A stretch of DNA of 19,847 nt, filler included, from an uncultured virus (IMG/VR IMGVR_UViG_2049941000_000114) (taxonomy: Duplodnaviria > Heunggongvirae > Uroviricota > Caudoviricetes). It is 6 parts of one record of this genome, joined end to end, with 100 filler letters (N's around TTAATTAATTAA, not from the genome) between each part and the next. Parts side by side here need not be neighbours in the genome. Positions count along the whole stretch, not along the records: positions 4,643 to 17,555 come from IMGVR_UViG_2049941000_000114; 5 more parts are not named here. The stretch is one strand, 5' to 3'. Below the pieces are notes generated by a model. It was given only the letters and a program-made list of their open reading frames with translations, ran no database searches and was not told the origin of the DNA. The translations under genes were made by a program, and so were the position numbers. Positions 8,009 through 17,655 of this stretch are shown here, piece after piece. Numbering within the stretch: the first letter of the stretch is position 1; every line of letters begins with the position of its first letter.

Positions 8009-9723
8009 CACCATGTTAAAACGTTCATTCTCTTACGACCGCCACTTATATAGTCGTAAAATTCTATCGGGGTGGATTTTATTTCGTCATACGTGCCACT
8101 ACCACCATTAAAATGCTGTATCGACGCGGCTCGTACTGTACCCATCGTCAACATACCACTGTAAGGCGATTGAAAAAGACCTTGTATAGCATTTGCGGTT
8201 AATTGGTTTGTTCTCATTATTGAAGAACTAATTCTGTCGGCACTAATCGTACCTGTAGTAATGGTTCCACCGTCGATTTGAGTAAGTTTTCCACCGTCAA
8301 TTTTTTGACCATTACGTACAGATATCTGATCGCAATATATTGATTGCGCATTAATAGTTCCTGTTGTGATTAATGACGCGTCTAAATAAGTGGCCGATAT
8401 TCTTCCCGAAGTTATCTGATCTGCTTTTATAGATTTGGTATAAATGAAATCAGACTCCAAATACGTTGTTTTAACGTAGTCTCGCTTTATTGCGGTTATA
8501 TCCGCGCCTTGTTCACCTACGGTAGTATTAATTCTGCTTACCGTTGTGTTAGTTGTGCTTAAGTTAGCATTGATTGTTTCAGCCTTTGCTGATACCGTCT
8601 GTATACGCTTTTCAAGGCTGTTCATTTCGTCAATGCGGTATTGTTCGCCGTGACTTTCATACGTATCTTTAAGCGCCTGTATGCCCTTTAAAATACGTTC
8701 CATGACAAACATGTAGACAACCTTATCTCTCGTAGACAACTGAATACTGTCGCCTACCTCTATACAAGGATTTCCAACACATTCAACCGAGCAAGGCATA
8801 TACCAAACGTTGTTGATTGCCGAATACATATTTTGAATGACGGTAAGTGCCTGTGAATTGTTTAAACCATCTGCAAGAATGTTGCCGGTAATGTTGTAAA
8901 CGTTCGATGTGTTTTTGTAGGTCGCCATCAACTCATTTTTAGAGTTGTAAATGCGAATACCGCTTATTCTCTGAACGGTGTAATCTTCGTATTCAGCGTG
9001 AGTATACGTTGACCTTGTAAGTACAGCGCCAACGCGTTCTTCTCTCGGATATAACGTGTTAGACGGGTATAAATCGTCTGCGGGATATAAACCCTCGATA
9101 ATCTCACCGAGAGTCAAATAAACCATCTGATTATTGCGATCTATATGGCCAAAACAGCCATTCAATTCACAAATAGCATGAAGAATATCCTTACCACTTA
9201 CTTTTTCAAGTGTGGGCTTTGTGATTGTTATGTTGTCGTTTGGTAACGTTGTTGCTTTCTGCGTAATACCAAAATACGTAAAAAGCGAATTTCTCAACGT
9301 CTTTATTGAGAATGTGGCCGGTAATGCGTTCCACCATGTAAGCATGTTTGCGTTGATTATGTCGTACATGGCATCATAAGCCGTAATTACTCGACCAAAG
9401 CGATCGGCTGTAGGCTTATCGTTTTGAACCTTGTATGTACCAAAGGTAAACGGTGCGTTTGTATGGTTGTTAAGCACCATCTGCACGTTTATTGTCTTGC
9501 CTTTAAGCGATATGCCCGAATTGGCAATCTTAAACTCAACGGATCCCGCTTCACAACCGCCAAAATGTAATTGTGACTCCGAACAAAGACTTTCTTTAAG
9601 CGTAAAATCTTCGGCGTACAGATCGGTGTTAGTGATGTGGCCTGTACCGTTGTCGTAGTAGATATGTAGTTGTTTATCAACACTGTCCTTTAAGAACAGC
9701 GCCGAGTATTCGTAATCAATCAT
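8009..9723 (-). CDS. Baseplate hub / Tal-like minor tail protein with C-terminal coiled coil and fibre-type repeats (571 aa)
   Basis: RBS GAGGT then ATG 9723; lies after the Dit-like gene; ICELNGCFGHI, LYPADDLYPSNTLYP, GNPCIEVGD, ITTGTISADRI repeats; ends ...NVLTW-TG(A), which overlaps contig end GTGATCATATG at 7616. Confidence 0.8.
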
Positions 9724-9730
9724 ATCGACC

Positions 9731-10138
9731 TCAATACTCGATAAATGCAAACCTTACCGAGTTGTAATGAATTACGCCCCTGTAATTGCCGTAAATGCTA
9801 AAGTTTATGTCGGGTATGTAGCAATCGGCAACAACATAGTCGTCAAGTTCCGGCACGTAAGCGGTAACGTAACAACGTTTTTCGGTGGCGTCTGTGTAAT
9901 TGCTTGCGATATTTGCCATAAGCGTCGCCATTTCTGTATTTGTCAGCATGGCGGGCGTTTCAAACTCGATCTTTAACAGTTTGTGTGATAACGCCTGTCT
10001 ATGTAACACACCGTCAGCGTCACGATATGAGTCCAAATCTGACGTGCTATATAGCGCTGAATAACTGTTAGCCTTTATGTACTTATTCGTCGGAATAACA
10101 TAATCACCGACTTTAATCAAAAAACCGCTATATGCCAT
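9731..10138 (-). CDS. Distal-tail (Dit-like) protein, 135 aa
   Basis: Complete ORF with GGAG RBS, directly downstream of the tape measure stop; the function call rests on position and size. Confidence 0.7.
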   Translation of the reverse strand: MAYSGFLIKVGDYVIPTNKYIKANSYSALYSTSDLDSYRDADGVLHRQALSHKLLKIEFETPAMLTNTEMATLMANIASNYTDATEKRCYVTAYVPELDDYVVADCYIPDINFSIYGNYRGVIHYNSVRFAFIEY

Positions 10139-10150
10139 TTCTTTACTCCA

Positions 10151-10188
10151 AAGAAAAACAACGGCAAGTTTTACGCTTACCGTTGTTT
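10151..10188 (-). terminator. Terminator-like stem-loop between tape measure and Dit-like genes
   Basis: AAACAACGGTAAG-CGTAAAA-CTTGCCGTTGTTT-TTCTTT, starting in the TAA stop. Confidence 0.7.
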
Positions 10189-10543
10189 ATGAAAATGCGG
10201 GTAATCCCGTTCTTTTTGTGTAGTCTTGCGACTTATTCTGTACTACCTTGAAAATCCTGTCTGTGTCCGCTTCAAGCGTTACGTCCGCGTTTATCTGAAC
10301 GTTGCTAAACGCCATGTTCATAGCATCTACTAATACAGGTCTTAACGCTGTCGCGATATCCGCTGACGCTTCAATCTTTGCGGTTGCCGGATTGATGTTG
10401 GCCGATAAGTCGTAATTAAGGTTCGGAACCTCTGTCAACTCACCTGTAAAGTCTTTAACTGAACGAAGTGTGTCGTCGTACATACTTTCCATGCCGAGTT
10501 TTAAGCCCTCGGTTGCGTACGCGCCGATCTGATAAAAGACTTT
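10187..10543 (-). CDS. Tape measure protein C-terminus
   Basis: Starts KVF..., completing the HSPS-KVF motif left open at 11151. Confidence 0.9.
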   Translation of the reverse strand, partial: KVFYQIGAYATEGLKLGMESMYDDTLRSVKDFTGELTEVPNLNYDLSANINPATAKIEASADIATALRPVLVDAMNMAFSNVQINADVTLEADTDRIFKVVQNKSQDYTKRTGLPAFS

Positions 10544-10553
10544 NNNNNNNNNN

Positions 10554-11140
10554 TAACTTAAATCCAAGCATTGTAAATAATCGCTGTAAAACGATTATAA
10601 ATGCGTTGATGTAAGGCAATACCTTTTGAATAATTGGCAAGAATAAGTTACCGATTATACGTCCGAGGTTAGATACCTGTTGCTTAAGTATTCTGTACTG
10701 ATTTGCAACCGTGTTAATGGTTCTTGCTTGATCACCCCATGCAATACGGCTTTGGTCTAATATAGCCAACATACGTAATTGCATTTTTTCGCTTTGCGAC
10801 ATTTCGGTAACAGACTTTTCAATGCCGTAAGCAAGCGCATACTGTTTTAAGGTTGCCGATGTAACGTCAATACCATATTTGTATAATGCCCTTGACTGAC
10901 CGATTAAACCGCTACGTAGGTTATTCATAACCTGTTCGAGATCGGTATTAGTTAATGACGACAAATCGGCTGACAGCATCGACAATGCTTTTGCTGTGCT
11001 TGTTGATGCGTCGCCAAGCAAGCCAACAGAATTTGTGATACCTAAAATCTGTGCTTGGAAATTCATTAACTTTTCGGGGTCAAGCCCAAGACCGATTGAA
11101 TCTGTATTTATAAGTTCACCGTTGTCGCCAACGATGTAAC
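10554..11140 (-). CDS. Tape measure protein, second-allele fragment (assembly bubble)
   Basis: Nearly the same protein as ~12755-13340, with many synonymous changes; flanked by 10-N gaps. Confidence 0.9.
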
Positions 11141-11150
11141 NNNNNNNNNN

Positions 11151-14100
11151 CGACGGGCTATGTTCATCAAAGCCACGTCTAAACGCATCAATTATGCTAT
11201 CAACAAAATTGTTGACCTTTGACTTTTTCTGTTCCCACCAATCGGTAAAACCATTTAATAAACCGATGATCGCGTTTTTGCCGACTTCATATAACTTATC
11301 GGGTAACGTCATAAAGGCGTTTACGATATCAACAATAACATAAGGTAAGTCGTTTCGGATCCATTCGTCTATGCTCGATTTCCAATCGTCGAACTTGTTT
11401 CTTGCATTTCCGAGTTCTTCTTTTATCTTGTCGGGCAATTCTTTAAAGACTTTGATAATTCCGATAACGATTTTCGGTAAATCGGTTTTTACCCACTCAC
11501 CAACCTTTTCGCCAAAACTGTATATCTTGCCGTATGCGCGTCCTAATTGATAAGAAATATCGGTCGGTATGGATTTTACTTTTTCCATAAACGCGCTCTT
11601 TTTAACCGTGAAGTTATCGCTCATTTCTCCGAACGCTGTAGCGATAAAGTCAAACGGATTTTCAGACTCGTCAAACAGGTTTTTGAAGTTTTCACTCCAT
11701 TCTTTAACCTTTTCGGAACTCGTTTCGAGTTTTTCGAGCAACTTATTTAAGAGATCAAGGAACTCGCCAAGTTTTTCGGTGTTAGCGGCTGTTCCATCTT
11801 CAAACAATCTGTGTAACCAACTGTTTTCATAACCATCGTAGTTTTCTGCAAGCAAATCAAGCACTGTTTCTAACGGTGACAAGAGATTGCCTACAATGTT
11901 GGTTATATGCTCTAATACCTGTTCTATTTTTTCAGCGTTTTCGGTGATCGGTTTTGTAAAGAAACCGAGCAAATCTTTGAAGAATCCCAAAATGCTATCA
12001 AAAGCAATACCGCCGATAACGTCCTTTAACTTTGTAAAGACTTCAACGATCTTGATAAAGCCCTCACTCTCGTATACTTCTGACAACGTAGCCGCCGCTA
12101 CGTTAACATCCTCTGTAATGCCGAGCAAGTCGGTCATAGAAGTTATGACAGAACTCAAAGTGGTTATTCTGAAATCTTCTAAATCTTCGCTTGCGTTTGC
12201 GATACCCTCGGTTACGCCAACGCCCCATGAAGTCAAGCCCTCTGCAACGGAGTCTCTTATAGCCTCGGCTGTATCAATTGCTTGATTGCCAAATTCCTTT
12301 AACTTGCCCTGTACTTCGTCAGAGTTCCATACACGGCCTGTACTTTCAAGAATACGACGTACGTTGTCTTTTATTCTTTCAACCTTTTTCTCAACGCTGT
12401 CGGGAACATCAAACGCTTTTCTAAAGAAATCTTCAATTGCGTTTGCAATCTGTTCGGCCTTGTTTTTCGCGTTTTTAAGCGCTTCATCCCATGCTGACTC
12501 ATATTCTGCTAAAGCGTCACCAATGGCGCCGGACAGGTCTATTCCACCAATACCGCCGAGTCCACCGCTACCGCCGTTTTCTTTGGTATTAAGAACGTTT
12601 AATTCATCAATGCCAAGTAACTGACCTTTTAACTTCTTTGCGGAATCAGCGGCGTCGTCAAGTGAATCTGACAAATCTTCGATATCGTCAGCACCACCGC
12701 CAATTGACGTTATATCTTGATTAAGGTCTTTAAGCCATGAGTCGCCCCACAACTTCAAGCCAAGCATCGTGAATAATCTTTGTAACAAGATTATAAATGC
12801 GTTGATGTAAGGTAAAACTTTCTGAATGATCGGCAAGAATAAATTACCGATTATACGGCCGAGATTAGACACCTGTTGCTTAAGTATTCTGTATTGATTT
12901 GCAACGGTGTTAATAGTTCTTGCTTGATCTCCCCATGCAATACGGCTTTGATCAAGTATTGCCAACATACGCAATTGCATTTTCTCGCTCTGCGACATTT
13001 CTGTAACAGACTTTTCAATGCCGTATGCAAGCGCGTATTGTTTTAATGTTGCCGACGTAATATCAATGCCGTACTTGTATAAGGCTCTTGATTGGCCGAT
13101 AAGACCGCTACGGAGATTTCCCATAACCTGTTCAAGATCGGTGTTGGTCAATGATGATAAGTCGGCCGACAGCATCGATAATGCCTTTGCTGTGTTGGTT
13201 GATGCGTCGCCCAACAAGCCTACAGAATTAGTGATACCTAAAATCTGTGCTTGAAAGTTCATCAATCTTTCGGGGTCGAGTCCAAGACCAATTGACTCTG
13301 TATCAATAAGTTCACCGTTGTCACCAACGATGTAACCTGTCATTTTCTTATTAAGTTCTTTAAGTTTCTCGGTAAACTTCTCGGTGTACGCTTCGGCGTC
13401 ATTTTCGCCCATTTCGCCAAAAGCACGCGCTGTAGTCTTACCAACCTTATTTAAGGCTACGGAATAGTAGTTGAAAGTCTCAACATAGTCCATAGCACTT
13501 TCGGTAGACGCCCACAACTTCTTGATAGCACGAATAAGCAAGAAGAATTTCGCATAGAACATACCAAATGAAGAAGCGAGTCCTTTCATGGTACGCGAAC
13601 TTGACTGTGCTTTATGTGCAAGGTTCGTAAATGATGCTGTGGCGTTGTTTGTGCTTGTCTGTAAGCCCTTTGTCTGTGACGCAAGCCTTGCCAACGCATT
13701 AGTCATATCTATAATGTTTTGACTAATCTGTGGCGCCTGTGATAAAGACGTGAGCATACCATTTAAGGCTGTTGTAAGCGTAGGAATGTTTGTTACGGCT
13801 CTTTGGATATTTGCACCGCCTAAACGACCTACAGCATTTGCCAAATTTGCTACGTTTGTAGCGGTTTCGGGCGCTGTGCCGTTAACCGAATCTAACGCAA
13901 CAACCATATCAAACATACCATTAGCGGCCGTACTTAACTGTGTGCCACCAATGGCGCCTAATCTGCTTATGTTATTTGCAAGTGTGCTAAATTTACGAGA
14001 GTCGATATCGGCTACGCTTTGCATAGCCACACCGAGATCGGATATGCCGGTTGCCATCTGTTCAATGCCACTTGTATTCTGAATACCCGCCATAGCAACT

Positions 14101-14198
14101 GACAATTTTTCGAGAGAAGCAACAAACCTGTCAATACTTGCTGACGCCGACGTTGCATCGGCCATTATTTTAAGTTCAAGCGAATCTATTTCAGCCAT
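11151..14198 (-). CDS. Tail tape measure protein (1016 aa here; ~1134 aa when joined to 10187-10543)
   Basis: MAEIDSLELKI start with GGAG RBS; long helical Ala/Leu-rich protein; GDQARTINTVANQYRIL, LLGIDELNVL, periodic W/F region, HSPS; directly after the chaperone gene. Confidence 0.95.
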
Positions 14199-14220
14199 TT
14201 GTCACTCTCCATACAGAATA

Positions 14221-14245
14221 GGCACCCATCTATTTGACGGGTGCC
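14221..14245 (-). promoter_or_regulatory. Stem-loop over the GT chaperone stop, just upstream of the tape measure RBS
   Basis: GGCACCCGTC-AAATA-GATGGGTGCC, a 10-bp stem with one G-U pair. Confidence 0.6.
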
Positions 14246-14274
14246 GTGTCTTGATTTTTTTTAGCGTCAAAACG
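14230..14274 (-). CDS. C-terminus of tail chaperone GT (RFDAKKNQDTAPVK)
   Basis: Natural continuation of ...DLMARKA, which ends the fragments at 17656 and 18888; lies immediately before the tape measure gene. Confidence 0.7.
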   Translation of the reverse strand, partial: RFDAKKNQDTAPVK

Positions 14275-14284
14275 NNNNNNNNNN

Positions 14285-14637
14285 TTCGTCTCGGAAGTTT
14301 TTGTACTCGACTTTGTTGACGTAGTTTTCTTGCGAGTCGTCTCTGTTGCCGGTTCCTCCCCGAACAGTTTTCGAAAAAAACCCGAATCTTCAAGTTGTGC
14401 TAACATTACGTCCATAACAGCATCAAGCGTGCCACCGTTCATAATGTGCGCTTCAATCTCTTTGCCCGCGATATCTACGTCCATATCACCACTTAAAGCG
14501 ACATATGTACGAAGAAACGACATGGGCTTTTTACGGATATCTGCAAGAGACATTCCTTTTTCTTCGATCTCACAAGTTAAGTTAAAGTCAAATTCTGCGG
14601 CTTTATATGTAATGCCGTTAATTTCAAATGATTTCAT
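14285..14637 (-). CDS. Tail assembly chaperone G (~118 aa) with -1 frameshift site
   Basis: RBS AAAGGGA then ATG 14637 (MKSFEINGITYK); lies between major tail and tape measure genes; GGGTTTTTTT at 14383-14374. Confidence 0.88.
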
Positions 14638-14656
14638 ATTATTCCCTTTCTTCTTG

Positions 14657-14692
14657 AAAAAATGCGGGGCAACCATTGTCACCCCGCGTTTT
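14657..14692 (-). terminator. Intrinsic terminator/attenuator between major tail gene and chaperone gene
   Basis: GCGGGGTGAC-AATG-GTTGCCCCGC-ATTTTTT. Confidence 0.75.
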
Positions 14693-14704
14693 GATGAAAC
14701 ATAT

Positions 14705-14986
14705 TTAAGACTTTGTTACAACAACTGTATAAGTCTTGCTCTGTCCGTGGTTTGTAACCACTACGTCAACCGTGTTTTCGCCTGTATCCCAAGTCAACGA
14801 ATCTCCGCTTTCGTAATCGTGTGAATTAAATTCAATGGTTACAACGGCGTCATTTGTTGCTACGGGTGTTGCGGTTACGGTATTTGTTGCGCTTGTGGTT
14901 GTAGCCGTGTATGACGTTGTATCAGCGTCAAACGCGGGCGTTAAAGTTAACGAACCTATCGCCAACCCCGATAAGTCCAAACTTAA
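14705..14986 (-). CDS. Cadherin-like beta-sandwich (Ig-like) domain, predicted -1 frameshift extension of the major tail protein
   Basis: LSGLAIGSLTLTPAFDADTTSYT...LTWDTGENTVDVVVT...KTYTVVVTK; no convincing RBS or ATG of its own; in the -1 frame through CCCAAAT. Confidence 0.85.
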   Translation of the reverse strand, partial: LSLDLSGLAIGSLTLTPAFDADTTSYTATTTSATNTVTATPVATNDAVVTIEFNSHDYESGDSLTWDTGENTVDVVVTNHGQSKTYTVVVTKS

Positions 14987-15114
14987 TTTGGGATTACAGC
15001 GGTATCCATACCCTTGTACTCGTTAACGGTAAGGGTCATTTCAACCGTCCACAATTCGTTCTGATTTGTTTCGGGCATGGGTATTGCTGTAGGAGGTTCG
15101 GCAACGATGAAGAA
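14983..15114 (-). CDS. Major tail protein C-terminus (FFIVAEPP...TVNEYKGMDTAVIPN-stop)
   Basis: Overlaps the end of 15468-15902 in protein sequence; TAA at 14985-14983. Confidence 0.88.
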   Translation of the reverse strand, partial: FFIVAEPPTAIPMPETNQNELWTVEMTLTVNEYKGMDTAVIPN

Positions 15115-15148
15115 AAGCAATCAGCGGTAACGTAACTGNNNNNNNNNN

Positions 15149-15457
15149 GTTACCGATTATACGGCCGAGATTAGACACCTGTTGCTTAAGTATTCTGTAC
15201 TGATTTGCAACGGTGTTAATAGTTCTTGCTTGATCGCCCCATGCTATACGGCTCTGATCAAGTATTGCCAACATACGCAATTGCATTTTTTCACTCTGCG
15301 ACATTTCTGTAACAGATTTTTCGATGCCATATGCAAGCGCATATTGTTTTAAGGTTGCCGATGTAACGTCAATACCATACTTGTATAATGCTCTTGACTG
15401 ACCGATAAGACCGCTACGTAGGTTATTCATAACCTGTTCGAGATCGGTATTAGTTAA
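15149..15457 (-). CDS. Tape measure protein, third-allele fragment
   Basis: NNLRSGLIGQSRALYKYG...LGRIIGN, synonymous variants relative to the other two copies. Confidence 0.9.
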
Positions 15458-15467
15458 NNNNNNNNNN

Positions 15468-15902
15468 ATTAACGGTAAGGGTCATTTCAACCGTCCAAAG
15501 TTCGTTCTGATTTGTTTCGGGCATAGGAATTGCTGTAGGGGGTTCAGCAACGATAAAGAAAGCATCACCGCCAAGAGAGGGTGAATAAACCTCAAACCAA
15601 GTAGAAAGGTTGCTTGCTTTTGCTGTTGCGGCCGCTGAAATAACAGTTTCCCACTCCGAAATAGTGTCCTGTGTTAAGTTAACTGTTACGGCAATAGAAC
15701 CGTCTGCGTCGCCACGACCGGCTACGTATCTTGTTACCTCATCTTCAAGTGCTGATGCGTCAATGTTTTCAGAGGTAATTGTAAGACCGCCGATTGAGTT
15801 GATACGAGTTAACTGTGTGAATGATGCGGGCTTTGTTCCCGCCACTGTCTCAACGCCATAAAAGAGTTTAACGCCGAGAGTTGAAATACCGGCAAGTGCC
15901 AT
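15468..15902 (-). CDS. Major tail (tube) protein, N-terminal 145 aa (~157 aa complete)
   Basis: RBS AAGGAG then ATG 15902 (MALAGISTLGVKL); IDASALED...YVAGRGD motif; position upstream of chaperone and tape measure genes. Confidence 0.88.
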
Positions 15903-15999
15903 TGTTTTTGTTCTCCTTTCGAAAGAATTTGCAAACAAAAAAGACGCCGAAGCGTCTTATTGTCGTTTTTTAGTTTATAATTGCCCTTTCGGGAAATTA
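15903..15999 (-). promoter_or_regulatory. Structured leader of the major tail gene (three hairpins)
   Basis: AATTTCCC-GAAA-GGGCAATT; AAGACGC-TTCG-GCGTCTT-TTTT; TTCTT-TCGA-AAGGA over the RBS; homologue with compensatory changes at 19455-19560. Confidence 0.75.
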
Positions 16000-16401
16000 T
16001 CAGATCGTGTCGCCGTTACCAACTACACGGCTAAAGCGTGCTACCTGTTTATAAACGGCTTGTGTGTTTTGAGATACGGGCATTGAAATAATGCGATATC
16101 CCATTTCTTTCATTCCTGTAAGTATTGACTTGAATACGTTTCGCACGTTTTCGGGATTTTCGTTGTCAATAACTTCTATCTGAATGTTTGAATTAATCCC
16201 GCTTATGTCAAAGCCATCAAGTGTTGAACCGATCTCGGCTGACGACAATTCGTGAACGTATACCGTCGGAAATGACGGGTTTACGGGTTCTCTGTCGGAA
16301 GTCGTAAAGTTGATATTCGGGTATTTCTTTGATAATTTCGACCCATATTTATTTAAAAGCCTTGAAAAGACGATGCTTTCCATGCTTGTAACGTCAACCA
16401 T
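16000..16401 (-). CDS. Tail terminator / tail completion protein (133 aa)
   Basis: Complete ORF with GAGG RBS; PSFPTVYVHE, IQIEV, MKEMGYR, ARFSRVVG; immediately upstream of the major tail gene. Confidence 0.78.
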   Translation of the reverse strand: MVDVTSMESIVFSRLLNKYGSKLSKKYPNINFTTSDREPVNPSFPTVYVHELSSAEIGSTLDGFDISGINSNIQIEVIDNENPENVRNVFKSILTGMKEMGYRIISMPVSQNTQAVYKQVARFSRVVGNGDTI

Positions 16402-16699
16402 ATCTAAATACCTCTTTTGCTATCTCTTGAACTCTTTCCGCGAGATCCCACGCTGTTTCTAACATAAATGGTCGTGCGGGCATACCGTTAGTCCAATGCC
16501 AACCGCCATCTTTGTAGTAAAACCACCCTTTTTCACCGTGGTCATTTACGTCGTATTTCCAACCTTTTTCAGCCGCTAACGGGTGACTTTGCATATTCCC
16601 CCAATAGCCTGTTCCAAACTCAACGAACGCNNNNNNNNNNTTTGCTAATGGGTGACTTTGCATATTCCCCCAATAGCCTGTTCCAAACTCAACGAACGC
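16394..16699 (-). CDS. HK97-gp10-like head-tail joining protein, C-terminal part (16641-16699 is a duplicated allele piece)
   Basis: AFVEFGTG...GW.Y....HWTNGMPARPFM motif; overlaps the next gene. Confidence 0.82.
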   Translation of the reverse strand, partial: AFVEFGTGYWGNMQSHPLAXXXXAFVEFGTGYWGNMQSHPLAAEKGWKYDVNDHGEKGWFYYKDGGWHWTNGMPARPFMLETAWDLAERVQEIAKEVFRYG

Positions 16700-16709
16700 N
16701 NNNNNNNNN

Positions 16710-16817
16710 CTTTTCATGTGCTTTAAAGCACAACATGACTTGATGCGGTGTCATGTGCCAAAAGTCGTTGTAACTAATTCCGATCGCTAATGACTCAATT
16801 AGCCATGTATTCTCTAT
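16710..16817 (-). CDS. Tail chaperone T-domain fragment (IENTWLIESLAIGISYNDFWHMTPHQV)
   Basis: Allele of 18888-19220. Confidence 0.8.
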
Positions 16818-16827
16818 NNNNNNNNNN

Positions 16828-17497
16828 CGTTTTGCGGGAATAAGTCGTCAGCCGGAAATAAACCTTCGATAATTTCACCGAGGGTTAAGTAAACCATTTG
16901 ATTGTCGCGGTTTATATGACCAAAGCAACCGTTTAATTCACAAATAGCCGTGATCACGTCTTTACCACTTACTTTGTCAAGTTCGGGCTTTTGCGTGACC
17001 ATAATGTTATCGTTTGGTAACGATACAGCCTTTTGTGTAATGCCAAAGTGCGAAAAGAACGAATTTCTTAATGCTTTTAAGGAAAACGACGTTGATAATG
17101 ACTTCCACCAATCCGATACGTCGGCGTTAATGACGTCATACATAGCGTCATAAGCCGTAACGACACGACCAAAACGATCGGCGGTAGGCTTGTCACTTTG
17201 AACCTTGTAGGTTCCAACGGTAAACGGTGCTTCGGTATGTCCGTCTAAAACCATCTGTACGTTTATTGATTTGCCTTTAAGCGACGCGCCGGAGTTAGCA
17301 ATCTTAAATTCAACCGAACTCGACTCGCACCCGCCAAAACGTAACTGTGAGTCGCTACAAATGCTTTCACGCAACGTAAATTCTTCTGCGTATAAATCGG
17401 TATTCGTTATATGCGACGCGCCGTTGTCGTAGTAGATATGTAATTGTTTGTCGATGCTATCTTGTAAAAACAGCCCCGAATATTCGTAATTGATCAT
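16828..17497 (-). CDS. Second allele of the hub/Tal-like protein, N-terminal part; the Dit-like C-terminus (YNSVRFAFIEY) sits upstream at 17509-17544
   Basis: Collinear with 9723-9055; same GAGGTCGATATG start context. Confidence 0.9.
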
Positions 17498-17655
17498 ATC
17501 GACCTCGTTTAGTATTCGATAAACGCAAATCGTACCGAATTGTAAGCCCCTTATANNNNNNNNNNNNNNNNNNNNNNNNNNNNNNNNNNNNNNNNNNNNT
17601 TAATTAATTAANNNNNNNNNNNNNNNNNNNNNNNNNNNNNNNNNNNNNNNNNNNN

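Noticed and set aside
7642..9750. 702-aa ORF fusing hub protein to a tape measure C-terminus
   Set aside because: Read-through across the 7999-8008 gap; the hub gene ends at LTW-TGA and joins 7616
10455..14198. 1247-aa tape measure with an internal duplication
   Set aside because: The repeat is a gap-bounded allele; HSPS (11151) joins KVF (10543)
14285..14393. +1-frame ORF with NRQQRR as the chaperone extension
   Set aside because: Only the -1 frame fits the heptamer and joins the T-domain fragments in frame
15115..15138. Dit-like sequence fused to the major tail gene without a gap
   Set aside because: About 21 nt identical to 4643-4663 at a contig edge with AAGCA microhomology; probable misjoin
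17509..17555. Frameshifted Dit-like allele (pseudogene)
   Set aside because: The disruption is in the last ~11 nt of a contig; likely an edge error
174..17655. Recurrent TTAATTAATTAA palindrome
   Set aside because: Always centred in 88 N; an artificial linker, so sequences on either side are unlinked
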